DNA from: Verrucomicrobiota bacterium
GTDB lineage: Bacteria; Verrucomicrobiota; Verrucomicrobiia; Verrucomicrobiales; Akkermansiaceae
Length of the DNA: 41,973 nucleotides
Assembly (NCBI GenBank): GCA_039804325.1
Contig: JBDLWH010000274.1
Span: forward strand, 1-41,973
Direction of reading: 5' to 3'
Shown here: piece by piece, positions 38,839 through 41,973 of the stretch
Numbering within the stretch: position 1 is the stretch's first letter
Layout: each line of letters opens with the position of its first letter
Notes under the pieces: model-generated
Told to the model about the DNA's origin: nothing
The model's input: the letters and a program-made list of their open reading frames with translations, nothing else
Databases searched by the model: none
Made by a program: the position numbers and the translations under genes

Positions 38839-38876
38839 AAAAAAAGAAGGAGAAGGAAATGATTCCCTCCTCCCCC
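38839..38876 (-). terminator. Intrinsic-terminator-like hairpin plus U7 on the minus strand
   Basis: Minus strand reads GGGGGAGGAGGGAA-TCAT-TTCCTTCTCCTTC-TTTTTTT; imperfect stem with several G-U pairs. Confidence 0.5.
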
Positions 38877-39045
38877 GTGATAGAATACGCGTGATCGATG
38901 TCGCTTATTAGCGGCCGTGTGAGCGGCGGCGGCGAAGTAAATCAAGCAATTCCTAACCACCTAGCAACGGTGCTAACGGCTCAGGAAAAACTTGCAGCGA
39001 GTGGCGCGAAAAATACCAATCGATAATGGGTCATCAAGAAAAATC

Positions 39046-39636
39046 CTAGGAATTGAGAAGAAAAGCGATGGCCATGGCGAGGGCGCGCGACCGGTGGCTG
39101 AGCGTATTTTTCACGGCATCGCCGAGTTCGGCGAAGGATTTATCGTATCCGATCGGGATGAAAAGCGGATCATAACCAAAACCGTGCTCACCCTGCGGAG
39201 CATCGAGGATGCGGCCTTCCACGGTCGCTTGAAAATGCGCCTCCTCATGGCCACCCCGCGCGAGTACCATCGTGCAACGAAAGCGGGCACCTCGCTCGCT
39301 CTGACCGCGCATCTCACCTAACAATCGAGTGTTATTGCGCGCGTGATCGCCTTCAACACCCCCGAAACTTGACGACGTCACGCCGGGGGCACCGCCCAAT
39401 GCGTCAACCTCGAGGCCAGAATCATCGGAAAGCACCCAACCCTCGACCCGGCTGCTGATGCCCAGTGCCTTGAGCCGGGCGTTGTCCAAAAACGTCGCCC
39501 CCGTTTCCTCAATGACCGGCAAGTCGGGAAAAGCCGTCACATCAAGCACTTCGAAGCGCTCGCCAATCATGGCGCGAATTTCTGCCGTCTTATGCGCGTT
39601 GCGCGTGGCTAAAATCAATCGTGGCGGTGGTAACAT
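39046..39636 (-). CDS. rdgB: Non-canonical purine NTP (dITP/XTP) pyrophosphatase, RdgB/HAM1 family
   Basis: LATRNAHKTAE, ETGATFLDNARLKA, SDDSGLEVDALGGAPGV, GFGYDPLF, KNTLSHR. Confidence 0.96.
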   Translation of the reverse strand: MLPPPRLILATRNAHKTAEIRAMIGERFEVLDVTAFPDLPVIEETGATFLDNARLKALGISSRVEGWVLSDDSGLEVDALGGAPGVTSSSFGGVEGDHARNNTRLLGEMRGQSERGARFRCTMVLARGGHEEAHFQATVEGRILDAPQGEHGFGYDPLFIPIGYDKSFAELGDAVKNTLSHRSRALAMAIAFLLNS

Positions 39637-39743
39637 GAACCGGACTTAGCCGAAACCCACAATGCTTGCGAAGATTTTTTTGTCGCCCTATCAGATAATC
39701 GTAACGACGATGTCTCGCTAGATTCCTGTGAGCATTGCGCGCC

Positions 39744-40208
39744 TCACCGACACGCTATCGCCGTGGCGCGCCTATCATGAGTCCAGAGCCAGACGAGCAG
39801 GACCGCGTAACCGGCGAATTCCGCGACCTTGTTCCAATACGCAATGGGGGCGTCACCGCCATGGCAGCCGCAGGAAATATCAAGGTGGTGAACCCATGCC
39901 CAGCCGATGCACCCGGCAAAAACGCCCACCAAGCCCGCCACCATGAGGATGGCCCCACGGCGCAGAAACCCTAACACAAGGCAGATACCCGCGACCACCT
40001 CGAACCAGGGCACGGTGTAAGCGGCGATGGCATCAAGTGGCGGAGCCACCAATTGATAGTTGCCGATATCGCGCGTGAAGCGCTCAAGCCCGCCACCGAG
40101 GATTTTGGTGACGCCGCTGTAGGTAAACCAACACCCTAAGGAAACCCGTATCCCAAGCGTCAACAAACCCGTTGGTTGTGAGAGCACGCGGGTGACTAAA
40201 GATTTCAT
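39744..40208 (-). CDS. MauE/DoxX family membrane protein
   Basis: R..LG..F..SG..K, IGNYQLV, PWFEVVAG..L..G, LDISCGCHG. Start is uncertain (40208 or 40235). Confidence 0.82.
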   Translation of the reverse strand: MKSLVTRVLSQPTGLLTLGIRVSLGCWFTYSGVTKILGGGLERFTRDIGNYQLVAPPLDAIAAYTVPWFEVVAGICLVLGFLRRGAILMVAGLVGVFAGCIGWAWVHHLDISCGCHGGDAPIAYWNKVAEFAGYAVLLVWLWTHDRRATAIACR

Positions 40209-40285
40209 CACAGATGACGGAGTTTTCAAAATCATTTCATGGACTTCGATCGGCGCTGGAGATTTCGGTTCTTGCGCCGCGCCGA

Positions 40286-41698
40286 TCAACGAGCGGCACC
40301 CCCGGCCCCTACCAAATAACAACGCTGGGCCTCGGCTTCTGGGTTGTGCGGAACCGCGTCGTTAGTGACTTGCGTCTCGGCCAATAATTCATCCCGAAAC
40401 TTCGCAATGATCGCCTCGACCGGCCATGACGATGCCTCACCAAAAGCACAAACCGTGCTACCGTCGATCTGATAGGCTACGCTTTCCAGCGTTTCTAAAT
40501 CCTTCGGGCTGGCCGTGCCGGCCACGATGCGATCTGAGATTTTTTTCATCCAGGCCGATCCTTCGCGGCAGGGCGTGCATTGACCGCAACTCTCGTGTGC
40601 GTAAAAGGCATTCAGATTGTTGAGAACCCATGACATTTTTCGCGAGTCGTCGATGACAATCACGCCGCCCGATCCCGCCATCGAGCCACACGCAGCGAGC
40701 GTATCAAAATCTAGCGGGATATCCCAGAAATCCAACAATCTATCGGCATTGCCGTCGGGGGTCTTGAGAGCAAACGATTCGTCGCAGCGGAGGATTTTTG
40801 ACGACGAGCCGCCGGGGATGACGGCCTTGAAGGAGCGTCCATCTAACGGCCCTCCACACACCTCATAGAGCAACTCACGCATGGTGAGTTTACCGACTTC
40901 GATTTCGAAGTAGCCGGGGGATTTGACATCGCCTGAGACGCAGAGGATGCGCGTGCCGGTATTGCGCGGCACGCCGAGGCGGGCGTAGGCATCGCCGCCC
41001 ATGCGCACGAGGTGTTTCACATGGCAGAGCGTCTCGACGTTGTTAACGATGGTCGGGCACATGTAGAGCCCCAACGCCGCTGGAAAATACGGCGGCTTGA
41101 TTCGCGGATACGGGCGCTTGCCCTCGAGCGATTCAATGAGCCCAGTTTCCTCACCACAAATGTAGGCGCCGGCCCCGCGGTGGACGTGAAGCTCTAAGTC
41201 AAACCCAGATCCTAACACGTTTTTTCCAACGAATTGGTGGCGGCGAGCATCATCGATCGCCTGTTGGACGATGCGAGCGGCCTCGGGAAATTCCTCTCGC
41301 AGATAGATATAGCCGGTGTGAGCGCCCACGGCGTAGGCGGTAATGACCATCCCCTCGATAAGCTGATGGGGGTCCTGATGGAGAATATAACGGTCCTTGA
41401 AGGTGCCGGGCTCCGATTCGTCGCCATTACAAATCAGATAGACTGGTTTGGTGTTATGAGGCGGGATGAACGACCACTTCATGCCGGTGGGAAACCCCGC
41501 TCCGCCACGCCCACGCAAACCCGATTTTTTCACTTCGTCGATGATAGCCTTTGGCGGCATGGCCAGGGCCATTTTTAAGCCGTCGTAGGCCCCATCGGCC
41601 AAGGCGCATTCGATCGAGGGATTCCAGCCGACGCGATCGACGTTTTTGAAGGTAAGCCGGCATTCGCGCGGGTGAGGCGCTTTGGAGTAGGTGATCAT
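40286..41698 (-). CDS. nuoF: NADH-quinone oxidoreductase subunit F
   Basis: SGLRGRGGAGFPTGMKW, CNGDESEPGTFKDR, GAGAYICGEETGLIESLEG, ESCGQCTPCREG, TVCAFGE. Confidence 0.96.
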   Translation of the reverse strand: MITYSKAPHPRECRLTFKNVDRVGWNPSIECALADGAYDGLKMALAMPPKAIIDEVKKSGLRGRGGAGFPTGMKWSFIPPHNTKPVYLICNGDESEPGTFKDRYILHQDPHQLIEGMVITAYAVGAHTGYIYLREEFPEAARIVQQAIDDARRHQFVGKNVLGSGFDLELHVHRGAGAYICGEETGLIESLEGKRPYPRIKPPYFPAALGLYMCPTIVNNVETLCHVKHLVRMGGDAYARLGVPRNTGTRILCVSGDVKSPGYFEIEVGKLTMRELLYEVCGGPLDGRSFKAVIPGGSSSKILRCDESFALKTPDGNADRLLDFWDIPLDFDTLAACGSMAGSGGVIVIDDSRKMSWVLNNLNAFYAHESCGQCTPCREGSAWMKKISDRIVAGTASPKDLETLESVAYQIDGSTVCAFGEASSWPVEAIIAKFRDELLAETQVTNDAVPHNPEAEAQRCYLVGAGGAAR

Positions 41699-41700
41699 GC

Positions 41701-41973
41701 TCAGGGGTTGGGCGCGTAGGTTGCAAGCAGTGCTTCCGCATGGCTGGGGGCGACGCTTTGATGAAAATCATCGTTGACCATGCACACCGGAGCCGTCCCG
41801 CAGGACGCTAAACACTCGGCAAATTCAACGGAAAAACTCCCGCAGGGTGAGACGGCAATCGGGTGGTGGTGCGCATCACACGACGTGCGGTCGATGCCGG
41901 TGAGTTCGCAGAGGCGGTCCATGAGTTCGTGGGAGCCGCCCATCGCACAGGAGAGCGTGCGGCAAACCCGGAT
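41701..41973 (-). CDS. nuoE: NADH-quinone oxidoreductase subunit E, 5'-truncated by the window edge
   Basis: IRVCRTLSCAMGG..ECLASCGTAPVCMVND supplies the four [2Fe-2S] cysteines; directly upstream of nuoF. Confidence 0.92.
   Translation of the reverse strand: MRVCRTLSCAMGGSHELMDRLCELTGIDRTSCDAHHHPIAVSPCGSFSVEFAECLASCGTAPVCMVNDDFHQSVAPSHAEALLATYAPNP

Noticed and set aside
1-41973. Stop-codon reassignment suggested by frequent TAG/TAA-containing words
   Set aside because: All conserved genes are open under the standard code, and TAG ends genes at expected positions (rdgB, GH116); the words are out of frame.

Overview
GC-rich bacterial chromosome segment. Gene style (double-length UvrA, MoxR-DUF58-BatA/vWA operon, Tat-exported GH116 with a C-terminal 'LTW..FYRV' domain, mostly SD-less pyrimidine-rich start contexts) suggests a PVC-group organism, probably Verrucomicrobiota; this is inference. 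It carries housekeeping genes (argH, menD, tRNA-Gln, rhaA, HU, L,D-transpeptidase, thiL, Ser/Thr kinase, uvrA, oligopeptidase A, polA, rdgB, nuoF, partial nuoE) and two large secreted glycosidases (GH116, GH120-like with CBM6). The most unusual signal is in the MoxR operon, where all three gene junctions carry 7-nt-periodic sequence in inverted orientation. Junction 1 encloses an intact four-helix-bundle (23S-IVS/bAvd-like) gene. Junction 2 encloses a truncated 59-aa gene of the same superfamily that the ORF track misses. Junction 3 is an apparently empty remnant. Degenerate heptamer runs also sit in frame inside uvrA. Separately, a ~65-bp palindromic element occurs twice between convergent genes, each copy flanked by its own 5-bp direct repeat. 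No integrase, transposase, reverse transcriptase or CRISPR array was seen. All family calls are by motif recognition only; no searches were run.
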